NCBI GenBank assembly: GCA_964468725.1
Contig: CAYXVU010000001.1
Coordinates: 778-64,777, forward strand
Source of the DNA: an uncultured Clostridia bacterium
Lineage (GTDB): Bacteria; Acidobacteriota; Blastocatellia; UBA7656
DNA length: 64,000 nucleotides
Direction: 5' to 3'
Shown here: in pieces, positions 29,781 to 39,511 of the stretch
How the letters are laid out: every line of letters begins with the position of its first letter
Position numbering within the stretch: position 1 is the first letter of the stretch
The notes under the pieces: model-generated
Told to the model about the DNA's origin: nothing
Seen by the model: only the letters and a program-made list of their open reading frames with translations
The model's database searches: none
Position numbers and translations under genes: made by a program

Positions 29781-31829
29781 TCAGTTGATCAGTTTCGGCG
29801 TCGTTTGGGGCTCGCCGGTGAGGGACTCTTCTTCGACAGACCAGATTTCGAATAATTCGCGCGGGTTTTCGGTGACAAAGCGGGACGGCTTTTGAATGAC
29901 GGTTTGCCGTGACCAATCGGTGATGACGAGCGGGTAGCAGACATATAACTCGTCTTTGGCGCGGGTCAGGGCAACATAAAAGAGGCGGCGCTCTTCTTCC
30001 TCGCTCTCCGCATCTCGCAGGCTGCGCGCCGAAGGAAATTTGCCATCCGCCGCCCAGATTAAAAAGACGGCGCGCCATTCCAATCCCTTCGCCTGATGAA
30101 TCGAACTGAGCACCAACTGTTCATCTTCGTCGCCGCCCATTACAACGTCTTCTGCCGTTGTGCCTTGTGGTGCGCCGAAACGCTCAGTATTGATAAGAGC
30201 CAATTCGGACAAAAAGGCTTCGGTCGTTTCGTACTTCGCCGCGTAGTTGGCAAGCTGGCGCAGGTCTTCGGCGCGCAGGTCGGCGTTCTCATAGGTGTTT
30301 TCAAGGTGATCTTGATAGCCGCTCTCCACTATCAGGTTGATCTGCGCCGCCGGGTGATCGAGGTATTCGGGACTGATGAGACGTTCGATCAACCGCACGA
30401 ACTCCAGCCAGCCGCCCGCAGCGCGAGGCCGCGCATCAAAATCGGTGCGGCGAATCAGAGCCAGCGGCTCCGACGCATAGGCCAGACGATCCCAGATGCG
30501 ATTCGCCGTTGCGTTGCCGACATTGGGAATGAGTTTCAATACGCGCTTCCACGCCAGTTCATCATGTGGGTTGACGATCAACCGCAGGTAGCAGATGACA
30601 TCTTTGATATGCGCTTGCTCGAAGAAGCGTATGCCGGAGCGCACAACGTAGGGAATATCGCGGCGCGTCAGTTCGAGTTGTAATTCGAGCGCGTGCCAAT
30701 GGCTGCGATACAAGACGGCGATCTCATCCAGCCGTATGCCTTCTTCGCGCAGTTCCAGTATACGACCGGCGACGAAGGCAGCTTGTTGCTCGGCATCGCG
30801 TAAGGGTAGCAGCGCAGGCGTTTGCCCGGACGACGGGCGAATCGCGCGCAAGGCTTTGGGAAATTGCTTGCGATTGTTGCGAATCGAAGCGTTGGCGAGC
30901 ATGAGAATTTCAGGCCGCGAGCGATAGTTGGTTTCCAAGCGAAATTCCTGCGCGTCGGGATAGCGGTCTTTGAACGAGTAAAGATTGGCGAAATGCGCGC
31001 CTCGCCAGGCAAAGATAGATTGTGCATCATCACCGACTACGGTCACGTTGCGATGTTTGGCAGCCAGCAGATCAACAATCTCCGCCTGAATTTTGTTGGT
31101 GTCCTGATACTCGTCAACGAGGATATGGTGGAAAGTGTCTGCCCAATAGTCGCGGATTTCCGGTTTCTCTGTGAGCAGGCGTTTCCAATTAAGCAGCAGA
31201 TCGTCGTAATCCATCGCATTGCGTTCGAGCTTGCGAGCTTGAAAGATGCGATCAACCCGCTCAATCTGCGTTGCCAAGGGTTCGAAGTGCGGGTACTGCT
31301 GCGCCAAACAATCCCGAATCGCCAGATCGCGGTTGTTGGCAAAGCTGATGATGTCGGCCAACACTTCGGCTTTGGGGAAACGCCGCGCCTTCGGGTCAAT
31401 TCCGGCATCGGTAACGGAGGCTTCGATCATGGCTTTGGCGTCTTCGGAATCGAGGATGGTGAAGTTGTGATGATACTCGATGGATTCGGCGTGGCGGCGC
31501 AGAATGCGATTGGCGATGGCGTGAAATGTGCCGCCCCACACCCGTCGCACGTCGGCTTGCACGAGGCTTTCGACACGGCGCAGCATTTCGCGCGCCGCCT
31601 TATTGGTGAAGGTGACAAGCAGGATGCGCGCCGGGTCAATGCCCGATTCGATGAGCCAAGCGACGCGATAGGTGACGGCGCGCGTTTTGCCCGAACCGGC
31701 TCCGGCGATGACCAACGTTGGCCCTCCGCCTGTGGTGACAACGGCATGCTGTTCGTCGTTGAGGTCACCTCTGTAGTTGACCAAAGAACGACGCGGCGCA
31801 TCGCGCTTGATGACGTAGCGTTTGCTCAT
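29781..31829 (-). CDS. uvrD: UvrD/PcrA-type ATP-dependent DNA helicase (superfamily 1)
   Basis: The product has a Walker A motif (AGAGSGKTR) and the conserved UvrD helicase motifs through the C-terminus (TRAKDELYV). Confidence 0.9.
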   Translation of the reverse strand: MSKRYVIKRDAPRRSLVNYRGDLNDEQHAVVTTGGGPTLVIAGAGSGKTRAVTYRVAWLIESGIDPARILLVTFTNKAAREMLRRVESLVQADVRRVWGGTFHAIANRILRRHAESIEYHHNFTILDSEDAKAMIEASVTDAGIDPKARRFPKAEVLADIISFANNRDLAIRDCLAQQYPHFEPLATQIERVDRIFQARKLERNAMDYDDLLLNWKRLLTEKPEIRDYWADTFHHILVDEYQDTNKIQAEIVDLLAAKHRNVTVVGDDAQSIFAWRGAHFANLYSFKDRYPDAQEFRLETNYRSRPEILMLANASIRNNRKQFPKALRAIRPSSGQTPALLPLRDAEQQAAFVAGRILELREEGIRLDEIAVLYRSHWHALELQLELTRRDIPYVVRSGIRFFEQAHIKDVICYLRLIVNPHDELAWKRVLKLIPNVGNATANRIWDRLAYASEPLALIRRTDFDARPRAAGGWLEFVRLIERLISPEYLDHPAAQINLIVESGYQDHLENTYENADLRAEDLRQLANYAAKYETTEAFLSELALINTERFGAPQGTTAEDVVMGGDEDEQLVLSSIHQAKGLEWRAVFLIWAADGKFPSARSLRDAESEEEERRLFYVALTRAKDELYVCYPLVITDWSRQTVIQKPSRFVTENPRELFEIWSVEEESLTGEPQTTPKLIN

Positions 31830-31979
31830 AGAGTTGCCGGTTTCCCATTACAGGTTGAAGGTAACAGGCTGACGATTACAGGCTGATAGGCATGGCCTTG
31901 CCGGAGGCAAGCAGATGAGACAGTTGCCGCCCGCGTTCTCTCTGTATCATCCCTTCACCCTGTCACCCTTTCAGCGGAG

Positions 31980-32066
31980 GAATTCAAGAATTCAGCATTG
32001 AAGAATTCAGAAAGGGAAATGATGCGGCTGCGCCGCTTCTCTATTCATTCTGAATTCCTTGAATTC
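31980..32066. repeat. GAATTC-rich imperfect palindrome (GAATTCAAGAATTCAG ... CTGAATTCCTTGAATTC) spanning the stop of the PQQ-dehydrogenase gene, flanked by CCCTTCACCC direct repeats at 31951 and 32091
   Basis: There are six EcoRI-like hexamers within about 100 bp. The right arm encodes the low-complexity C-terminal tail DSGNSRNSRNSE. Confidence 0.55.
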
Positions 32067-33388
32067 CTCGAATTCCCTGAATCCCTTCCTCCCTTCACCC
32101 GTTCACTTTTACTGTAGGTCACACGCCAGATTTTCTTTGCGCCGTCATCGGTGATAAGCAACGAGCCGTCTTTCAACATCAACAATCCGACCGGTCGCCC
32201 CAAGACTTCGCGGCTGCTTTCATCCGGCGACCATCCGGCGATGAAGTCTTCATAGCCGCCGACCGGCTTACCCGACTTGAAGGGGATGCGGATGATCTTG
32301 TAACCGGTGCGTTTGGCGCGATTCCATGAACCGCGCAGGGCGACGAGTGCGCTGCCGTTGTAGTCCTTCGGAAACATGCCGCCCTGATAAAAGAGAATGC
32401 CGAGCGCCGCCGAATGAGACTGGATCAACACATCCGGCACGACCGTTTTACTGACTAAATCAGGCCGTTCGCCTTGACGACGCGGGTCTTCGTTTTTGCC
32501 GATGTAGGAGTATGGCCAGCCGTAAAAGGCTCCCTCTTTTACAGAGGTTGCGTAATCGGGCACCAGATCATCACCTAACCCATCGCGTTCGTTTACCGTC
32601 GTCCAGAGCGTGCGCGTGCCGGGGTAAAAGGCCAGCCCTACGGGATTTCGCAACCCCGCAGCGTAGATGCGGTGGCCTGTCCCGTCGGGGTTGTATTCCG
32701 AGATTGCGGCACGGCGCGGATCGGCTTCGACGCTGACATTGGTTTCCGAGCCGACGGTAGCATAGAGTTTCGCGCCGTCCGGGCTGAAGATGAGGTTGCG
32801 CGTCCAATGCTGGTTATAGCCTTTGCCGGGGAGGTCGGCGATCTTTTCGGGTGCGCCGTCCGCCTGAGTCTGCCCCGCTTTATATTTGAACCGCACGATG
32901 CCATTGGTATTGGCGACATAAAAAAAGTCTTTCCAAAACGCCATGCCGAAGGGTTGCTCAAGGCCTGTGACAAAGATGAACCGCTCATCCACTTTGCCGT
33001 CGCCGTTTTTGTCGCGCAGGATGTGGATGCGACCGGAACGCGCATCAGAGACGAAGACATCGCCATTGGTTGCCAACACCATCCAGCGTGGCTCGACGAA
33101 GCCTTTCTCTGCGTACAGACTGACGGAGAAGCCCGGCGGGGTGATGAAGTTCGGCGTGCCTTCGGCTTCCGTTACTTTCGGAAAATTCATGGCGCTCGGC
33201 GTCGCATTGGGCGGCGGCAGGTCAGCCGGACGAAGGTGATATTTCTGCAAAGCGTTTTGCCCCGCAGGATTGCTTGCCGGTTGCGGGGCAGATTGGGCGC
33301 AGGCGATCAGGACAAAGGCGAACAATGTCATTGGGAACACTATCGCGCAATGCGGTTGGCACAACTTGCTAGCTCGATTGTTTGTCAT
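32045..33388 (-). CDS. PQQ-dependent sugar dehydrogenase (soluble glucose/sorbosone dehydrogenase family), exported
   Basis: The product has a signal peptide and the GSDH-like beta-propeller pattern (LRNPVGLAF...GLLMLKDGSLLITDD). Confidence 0.8.
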   Translation of the reverse strand: MTNNRASKLCQPHCAIVFPMTLFAFVLIACAQSAPQPASNPAGQNALQKYHLRPADLPPPNATPSAMNFPKVTEAEGTPNFITPPGFSVSLYAEKGFVEPRWMVLATNGDVFVSDARSGRIHILRDKNGDGKVDERFIFVTGLEQPFGMAFWKDFFYVANTNGIVRFKYKAGQTQADGAPEKIADLPGKGYNQHWTRNLIFSPDGAKLYATVGSETNVSVEADPRRAAISEYNPDGTGHRIYAAGLRNPVGLAFYPGTRTLWTTVNERDGLGDDLVPDYATSVKEGAFYGWPYSYIGKNEDPRRQGERPDLVSKTVVPDVLIQSHSAALGILFYQGGMFPKDYNGSALVALRGSWNRAKRTGYKIIRIPFKSGKPVGGYEDFIAGWSPDESSREVLGRPVGLLMLKDGSLLITDDGAKKIWRVTYSKSERVKGGRDSGNSRNSRNSE

Positions 33389-33490
33389 CTGTTCGTGACC
33401 TCGATGGAGTTGGGTTCAATAAGAAATCAGTCGTTCAATCTTTTAGGGAAAACGTTTTCACTTAACCCGATCTGCTCGTTGAGGGTCGGG

Positions 33491-34150
33491 CTATGAATGT
33501 TCACTCACTTGGGCAATGCCGCGATACATCTCAGCCAATATGCGCGGCGCGTCGGGCAAGCGCAAGCGTTCGAGTTTGACGATTTCGAAACCATTTTCTG
33601 CGATCAGCCGATCCATCACGCGATTCATATTGCAGCCGACGCCGATGATCTTTTGCACAGGATTCAAGCGATCTTGCCACTGTGCGGTTTTGCGGTCATC
33701 GCTGCGCCCATGTTCGAAGAAGAGAAACTGACCTTCGGGTTTCAATACGCGACGAAGTTCGGCAACGGCTGCGGGCAGATCGGCAATCGAACAAAGGGTA
33801 AAAGTCGAAACGACTGTATCGAAGCTATGATCGGCAAAAGGCAGGTGGCCGCTGGCATCAAGCTGCATCTGTTCAACCGGCATCGCTGCGCGTGCGAGGC
33901 GTTTGGCGACTCTATCGGCCAGCATGCGTTCGCTGTCAATCACCGTCAGGCGAGTGACGGCTGCCGGGTAGTGGCGCAGATTCAGGCCTGTGCCAAAGCC
34001 GATTTCGAGCGTGTTACCGGTCGCCGACGCCAGCGCGACTTTGCGATGCTCGCCAATCGCGCGCGCTTTTAATGACCAATCCATCAGTCGCGGAAAGATG
34101 TGTTTCGCGTACAGTCCCATAGCCGATTCGGCTTCCAAATCGCAGGCCAA
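33491..34150 (-). CDS. Class I SAM-dependent methyltransferase (type 11)
   Basis: The product has motif I (LEIGFGTGLN) and a LKPEGQFLFFEH post-motif region. Confidence 0.8.
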   Translation of the reverse strand: MACDLEAESAMGLYAKHIFPRLMDWSLKARAIGEHRKVALASATGNTLEIGFGTGLNLRHYPAAVTRLTVIDSERMLADRVAKRLARAAMPVEQMQLDASGHLPFADHSFDTVVSTFTLCSIADLPAAVAELRRVLKPEGQFLFFEHGRSDDRKTAQWQDRLNPVQKIIGVGCNMNRVMDRLIAENGFEIVKLERLRLPDAPRILAEMYRGIAQVSEHS

Positions 34151-34235
34151 AAAGCGAACGAAACCGGGCTAGCCCTGACTCGCCCACAATTTGCTTGCTT
34201 GACCGATGTGATGCTCAGTTGCCAATCAAAATAAG

Positions 34236-34272
34236 CTCGTTGAGAGGCGGTCTCTGACCGCCTCTCAACGAG
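34236..34272 (-). terminator. Intrinsic terminator: 16-bp perfect stem CTCGTTGAGAGGCGGT / ACCGCCTCTCAACGAG, followed on the minus strand by CTTATTTTGATT
   Basis: The hairpin lies about 100 nt downstream of the esterase gene stop, and a T-rich tract follows it on the minus strand. Confidence 0.65.
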
Positions 34273-34310
34273 GGCGATTATAGAGTGATAGAACTTCTCG
34301 TTTTGCCATT

Positions 34311-34359
34311 TGGTATCAAAACCTTCGACCTTTAACCTTCAACCTTCAACCTCTAACTT
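34311..34359. repeat. Tandem heptamer repeat (ACCTTCR) x7
   Basis: The sequence reads ACCTTCG ACCTTTA ACCTTCA ACCTTCA ACCTCTA ACTTTCA GCCTTCG, immediately 3' of the esterase gene stop. Confidence 0.6.
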
Positions 34360-34376
34360 TCAGCCTTCGACCGATC

Positions 34377-35192
34377 TTACGATTTCCCTTTCGCTTGATT
34401 AGCGGAAGCGAGTTTGTGCATGAGTAGCCATTTGAAAAAACCGGGTTCGGCGTAAGCCCTGACCCACGAGTTATGCCCGACGCCCTCGTATTCTGTGTAG
34501 CGAACGTTGTTGCCGATGGCTTTCAAAGCTTCAACCATCTTTTGCGATTCGCCGACTGGCACAACCGGGTCAGCCGCGCCGTGAAAGACCCACGTTGGGG
34601 TGTTGCCGATCTTTTTGGCCACTTCGCCATACGGGTCAGCCATCTGATTGAAGTCGGGTGTGCCTTCGGGCAGTTGCACGCGAAACGGCGGTTTGATGCC
34701 TCCGCAAACCGGCGCGAGTGCGGCGAACTTGCCAGGGTTGGCCGCCGCTATCGCCCATAGCCCATAGCCGCCCATCGAAAGCCCGGTCAAGTAGAGCCGC
34801 GTGCGGTCGCCGTTGAACTCTGCGACCGTCTGCTCGAAGGCGGTGAGCGCGACGGTTTGCATCTCCGGCTCCGACCACCAGCGCCCCGATAAACACTGCG
34901 GCATCACGACGACAAAAGGGAAGTCCGTTTGCGCGCTCAACACCGGCCCCAACCCGACGTTCGTCTGCGCCCTATTATCGCTGCCGCGTTCGCCCGCGCC
35001 ATGTAAGAAGAGAATCATCGGCGGATTTTTCGCCGCACTCTTCGGGGCAAAAATTTTGAAGTGATGAGTCACACCGCCAATCGTAACAGAACGATCAAGC
35101 AGGTCGGCAGCTTGCGCCCGTGCACAGCCGGGCACGAAGAGCAGCGAGAGCGAGATCGCAAACAACAGAAGTGCTGATTTTTTCGAGAGCAT
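34377..35192 (-). CDS. Secreted alpha/beta-hydrolase esterase (phospholipase/carboxylesterase or PHB-depolymerase-like)
   Basis: The product has a signal peptide, LFLHGAGERGSDN, a nucleophile elbow (GLSMGGYG) and HGAADPVVP. Confidence 0.75.
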   Translation of the reverse strand: MLSKKSALLLFAISLSLLFVPGCARAQAADLLDRSVTIGGVTHHFKIFAPKSAAKNPPMILFLHGAGERGSDNRAQTNVGLGPVLSAQTDFPFVVVMPQCLSGRWWSEPEMQTVALTAFEQTVAEFNGDRTRLYLTGLSMGGYGLWAIAAANPGKFAALAPVCGGIKPPFRVQLPEGTPDFNQMADPYGEVAKKIGNTPTWVFHGAADPVVPVGESQKMVEALKAIGNNVRYTEYEGVGHNSWVRAYAEPGFFKWLLMHKLASANQAKGKS

Positions 35193-35528
35193 CTTGATTC
35201 CCCAATCGTTTGACTGCCTCTGCGGTCTGAGCGCGATGCTGCGGGCAGTCGCTTCGGTTCAGCCAGCCAGAGGATGGAAGTACTTTACATCGGCGCAGTG
35301 AGGTTGCAAAAGCAGAGAGGTAATTTTCGGGCAGGCAATGGGAAAACTTGGCAAGAATATGGGGTTCCCGAATTGGTATGAACACGACGGGGGATCAGCA
35401 GCGAGCCATGCAACGGATCCGAGTGCCTCTGACAAATTTGGGCTTACCCGATTTCTGCTGAATCGAAAACCCCTTCTTCAAAAGCGAGGCGGACAGATTT
35501 GATGGTTTTTGCCCAGTTGAGTGTCAAC

Positions 35529-36692
35529 TCATTGGGTTCGCGATGATCCGGGCAATGTGAGCAGCAGGTCGCGGATTTTGATCGTCAAAGGCCCCGGACT
35601 AGCGCCGTCGAGATTGCACATGATGGCGATGACCAGGCCTTGACCGGGAATGAGCATGAGATTGGTTGATGTACCGGCTTGGCCGCCGCTGTGCGAAACC
35701 ATCTTTTTGCCATCGGCGTCAATTACCCCCCATCCCAAACCATAGCCCGTCTCTTTACCATCAGGCGTCCTTTGCTGTGTCCACATCTGTTGCGTGGTCT
35801 CTTTCTTCACCAACTTCGCGTTATCCATCGCCAACGCGAAGTTCGCCAGATCAACGGCGGTTGAAACCAGCCCGCCGCCCGGCACTTTCATGCTCGTATC
35901 GTGCAGCGAGGCGTTGAACAGATCGCCGACTTTGGCAAGCTTTTTGGCTTCGGCAGGCAGTTGCGCATAGGCGCTTTGACTCAGCCTCGTGTAGCCGCGT
36001 GCGCGATTGGGGATGATGACGTACGCGTTATCAAGCGCTGTGTTTGGCATGCCTGCGGGTTTGAAGACGTATTCTTGCATGTAGGCTTCATAGGTCATGC
36101 CGGACGCGCCTTCGATTGCGCAACCAAGAAGGCTATAGCCATAGGTCGTGTAGTTGAACTTTGTGCCGGGTTGGGAAAGCAACGGGTCATCTTTGAATAT
36201 CTTCAGAGAGTCGGTGAGCGTAAAGAAGTGCTCCGTGCCACTCGCTTCGCCGGGTTTCGCATAGTGGCGAATGCCACCGAGGTGGCCGAGCAGTTGGCGT
36301 ACCGTGATCGGCCAAGGCTTTTCGGGGAATGCCGGACAGTATTTTTGAATTGGCGCGTCGAGGTCGAGTTTGCCGCGCTCGGCCAGTTGCATTACGGCAG
36401 TTGCCGTCAACGATTTGGCAATCGAAGCGGTGCGATAAGCCGTCTCCGGTTTGGCTGCCACGTTGTGCTCTATATCGGCCAACCCGAAACCTTTGGCGTA
36501 AACCAGTTGATGATTGACGGCGATGGCAATCGAAAGGCCGGGTATTTTCAGACGCTCGCGCTCACTGGCGATAAGGGCTTCGACCTGTTTGATAGTTTCG
36601 GCGGGCAGAGCGGCTTTTTGTTGCGCGCCGACTGGCAACAGAGAGGTCAGGCAAAAGAAGGCAATGAGCAAATAGTTTCGCAATCGCTTCAT
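35529..36692 (-). CDS. Beta-lactamase-family serine hydrolase (class C / PBP-like)
   Basis: The product has a signal peptide, an SxxK motif (ASIAKS), a YxN-like motif and HSGG (a KTG-like motif). Confidence 0.8.
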   Translation of the reverse strand: MKRLRNYLLIAFFCLTSLLPVGAQQKAALPAETIKQVEALIASERERLKIPGLSIAIAVNHQLVYAKGFGLADIEHNVAAKPETAYRTASIAKSLTATAVMQLAERGKLDLDAPIQKYCPAFPEKPWPITVRQLLGHLGGIRHYAKPGEASGTEHFFTLTDSLKIFKDDPLLSQPGTKFNYTTYGYSLLGCAIEGASGMTYEAYMQEYVFKPAGMPNTALDNAYVIIPNRARGYTRLSQSAYAQLPAEAKKLAKVGDLFNASLHDTSMKVPGGGLVSTAVDLANFALAMDNAKLVKKETTQQMWTQQRTPDGKETGYGLGWGVIDADGKKMVSHSGGQAGTSTNLMLIPGQGLVIAIMCNLDGASPGPLTIKIRDLLLTLPGSSRTQ

Positions 36693-36879
36693 CGGATTCG
36701 ACTCCCTTCATTGATCTTGGCGATCATCGTCTCGATGGACGCCTTCGCATCGGAGCTGCCCAAAGTCAGGGTTTCATCTACCGGAGCTTGTTACTCAACC
36801 GACGCAGAGGCCGTCAACCTACCATGCTAGCAATGACCCGATTCGCCGTCTTGTTTGTGGTAAGCCCAGTAGTACGAAA

Positions 36880-37698
36880 TTAGCCTCTATCAAGCAGAGC
36901 GCGAAACTCGGTTGGCGTCATGCCGGTGACGCGCTTAAACGAACGCGAGAAATGGGTTTGATCGGCAAACCCTGCGGCGAGAGCGATCTCGACGAGCGGC
37001 TTGCGCGAATAGAGCATCTGTTGACGGGCATAGGTGATACGCAGTTGGCGTACATAGTCGCCAAGCGTGCAGCGTTCAAACTTGCGAAACACGCGCGCCA
37101 AATGCACGGGATGGACGCCGACTTGTCGGGCAATCTCATCTAGCGCAGGCGGCTCAACAAAGGCCGTTTGAAGAATTTCTTTAGCTTGTCGCAAACAGGC
37201 AGGCGGGTGAGACTCTCCGGTTTTCACAGCCGAACGCGCCGTTTCCGCCATCAATTCGAGGGCGACCCCTTCTATGGCGAGACGCGAAAACTGATCAGGG
37301 TTGCGAAACTCTCTGTACAACTTCATCGCCAACCACGCGGAGACATTGTCATGGACGGCAGACGATTCGGCAGGCAACTTGCCGTATTCTCCGAGATGCG
37401 CGAAGCGCGCGGCGTCAATCTCAATCAAAAAATGGCGACCAGACGCCTTGTGGGCTTCGGCGTGCGAGACATCGGGCGGATAGAAGATCAAGGTTGCTGG
37501 CAGCCGCTCATGGTTGATTTGACCGACCTGCTCTTCGTAACTGCCCGCCAACACAAAACAGAAGTGCGCAAGTTCGTGCGAATGGCGCGGCAGTCGCAAA
37601 TTTGAATCATAGGTCTTTTCCGTAAAGCGAAAGCCGGAAGTCGTCAATGCTTTCGCCGTTGCGCCATAAAAATTGCCAGCGTCCAATCGCAAACTCAT
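36880..37698 (-). CDS. AraC family transcriptional regulator
   Basis: The product has a C-terminal double HTH (IALAAGFADQTHFSRSFKRVTGMTPTEFR) and an N-terminal cupin-like sensor. Confidence 0.85.
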   Translation of the reverse strand: MSLRLDAGNFYGATAKALTTSGFRFTEKTYDSNLRLPRHSHELAHFCFVLAGSYEEQVGQINHERLPATLIFYPPDVSHAEAHKASGRHFLIEIDAARFAHLGEYGKLPAESSAVHDNVSAWLAMKLYREFRNPDQFSRLAIEGVALELMAETARSAVKTGESHPPACLRQAKEILQTAFVEPPALDEIARQVGVHPVHLARVFRKFERCTLGDYVRQLRITYARQQMLYSRKPLVEIALAAGFADQTHFSRSFKRVTGMTPTEFRALLDRG

Positions 37699-37878
37699 GC
37701 AATAACCTCAAGGCAGAAAATAACGGGAGCGAGAGATGACATCAGTTTAGTACGCAGCAAACGCCGCAGAGTTGCAATTTCAGCAGAGGGAATTCTTTGT
37801 TCAGAGCGCGGGCGAAGCCTTTCACTCTCTGCTGTTGCTCCGACCTGCCCCAATTTCGCAGGCGTTTCCGGCTTGTGC

Positions 37879-39399
37879 TTACGCTTTCGCCTGATCGGCG
37901 GCGGGTTTGGGCTTCCAGCGCAGAACGGGTTTGCGTGCAGCGGCGACTTCATCCAGTCTGCCGACCTTCGTGGTATGGGGCGCGTGTTTGAGAATCTCCG
38001 GGTCGGCTGCGGCTTCTGCGTCAATCGCTTTCATCGCATCAATGAAGAGGTCAAGCTCTTCACGGCTCTCGGTTTCGGTCGGTTCGACCATTAACGCGCC
38101 CGCGACGATGAGCGGAAACGACATGGTCGGCGGATAGAATCCATAATCACTCAACCGCTTGGCGATGTCTACGTTCTTCACGCCGTATTTCGTCTGCCGC
38201 TTGTCCGAAAAGATCACTTCGTGCATCAACGCGCCGGGGTAGGCGATGTCATAAGTCGCTTCGAGATGCCGCGCAATGTAGTTGGCATTCAAGACGGCTG
38301 TCTCTGTTGCTTCGCGCAACCCCGAATCGCCGTGCGTCAAGATGTAGCTCAAGGCGCGCACTAAGACGCCGAAATTGCCAAAGTAGGCGCGCACCCGCCC
38401 GACCGATTGCGGGCGATTGAAGTCGAGGGTTAAACGGCCTTCGCCCGTGCGATGTACGCGCGGGAAGGGAAGGAAGGGTTCGAGCGCGGCGGTCACTGCA
38501 ACCGGGCCTGCGCCGGGTCCGCCGCCGCCGTGCGGCGTCGAAAAGGTCTTGTGCAGATTGAGATGCATCACATCAATGCCGAAATCGCCCGGCTTGGTGA
38601 CACCGACCAGCGCGTTCATATTGGCGCCGTCCATATAAACGAAGCCGCCGCCATCATGCACGATGCGACAAATCTCTTCGATATTTTGTTCGAATTTGCC
38701 GAGCGTGTTCGGATTGGTGAGCATCAGCGCGGCCACCTCTTCGTTCATGGTGCGTTTGAGCGCCTCGAGGTCGGTCATGCCATCGGCATTTGATGGAAGG
38801 GTTTCGACCGAGTAACCGCAGATGATGGCCGAAGCCGGATTGGTGCCATGCGCCGAATCGGGAATCAAAACTTTTTTGCGCGCATTGCCGCGTTGCTCGA
38901 GCGCTGCGCGAATCATCAGAATGCCGGTCAACTCGCCTTGCGCTCCGGCAGCCGGTTGCAAGGTGACAGCAGCCAGCCCGGTAATCTCTGCCAGACACTC
39001 TTCGAGGCGGCAAATGATCTCTAGCGCCCCTTGCGCCAGCGGCGCAGGGGTGAGGGGGTGGAGATGGGCGATGCCTTCGATACGCGCAACGCGTTCATTG
39101 ATGCGCGGATTGTATTTCATCGTACATGAACCGAGCGGGTACATCCCCGTATCTACGCCGTAATTCCACGTTGAAATGCGCGTGAAGTGACGAATCACGT
39201 CAACTTCGGAAAGCTCCGGCATCCCTTGAAGGTCATCTTCGCGTAAGAGCTTGCTGTCAATCAGCGTATCGTCGGCGTGTTCGGGCACATCGAGTTTGGG
39301 CAGCGAGTACCCGATGCGTCCGGGGCGCGATTGTTCGAAGAGTAACCCTTCGTTTTGAACTGTGTGCGTCGTGGCTTTTTTTATCCTGCTGTTGTCCAT
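37879..39399 (-). CDS. gcvPB: Glycine dehydrogenase (decarboxylating) subunit 2
   Basis: The product has a PLP-dependent fold with the motif NLHKTFSTPHGGGGPG. Confidence 0.95.
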   Translation of the reverse strand: MDNSRIKKATTHTVQNEGLLFEQSRPGRIGYSLPKLDVPEHADDTLIDSKLLREDDLQGMPELSEVDVIRHFTRISTWNYGVDTGMYPLGSCTMKYNPRINERVARIEGIAHLHPLTPAPLAQGALEIICRLEECLAEITGLAAVTLQPAAGAQGELTGILMIRAALEQRGNARKKVLIPDSAHGTNPASAIICGYSVETLPSNADGMTDLEALKRTMNEEVAALMLTNPNTLGKFEQNIEEICRIVHDGGGFVYMDGANMNALVGVTKPGDFGIDVMHLNLHKTFSTPHGGGGPGAGPVAVTAALEPFLPFPRVHRTGEGRLTLDFNRPQSVGRVRAYFGNFGVLVRALSYILTHGDSGLREATETAVLNANYIARHLEATYDIAYPGALMHEVIFSDKRQTKYGVKNVDIAKRLSDYGFYPPTMSFPLIVAGALMVEPTETESREELDLFIDAMKAIDAEAAADPEILKHAPHTTKVGRLDEVAAARKPVLRWKPKPAADQAKA

Positions 39400-39511
39400 G
39401 TTTGAATTTCTTTTGCTGCAAATCTACCGAGCACAAATCTTGAATTGATGATTCAGGCTGATGGCCGAAGAGGCAGCCATTCGTGGCTGCCTGTCAGGCG
39501 TGGGGCAAAGA

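Noticed and set aside
29781-31829. UvrD helicase as part of a defence island with the methyltransferase or the small zinc-ribbon ORF.
   Set aside because: It is a canonical full-length UvrD/PcrA with all helicase motifs and a housekeeping context. It has no nuclease or other defence-type fusion, and the methyltransferase is 26 kb away.
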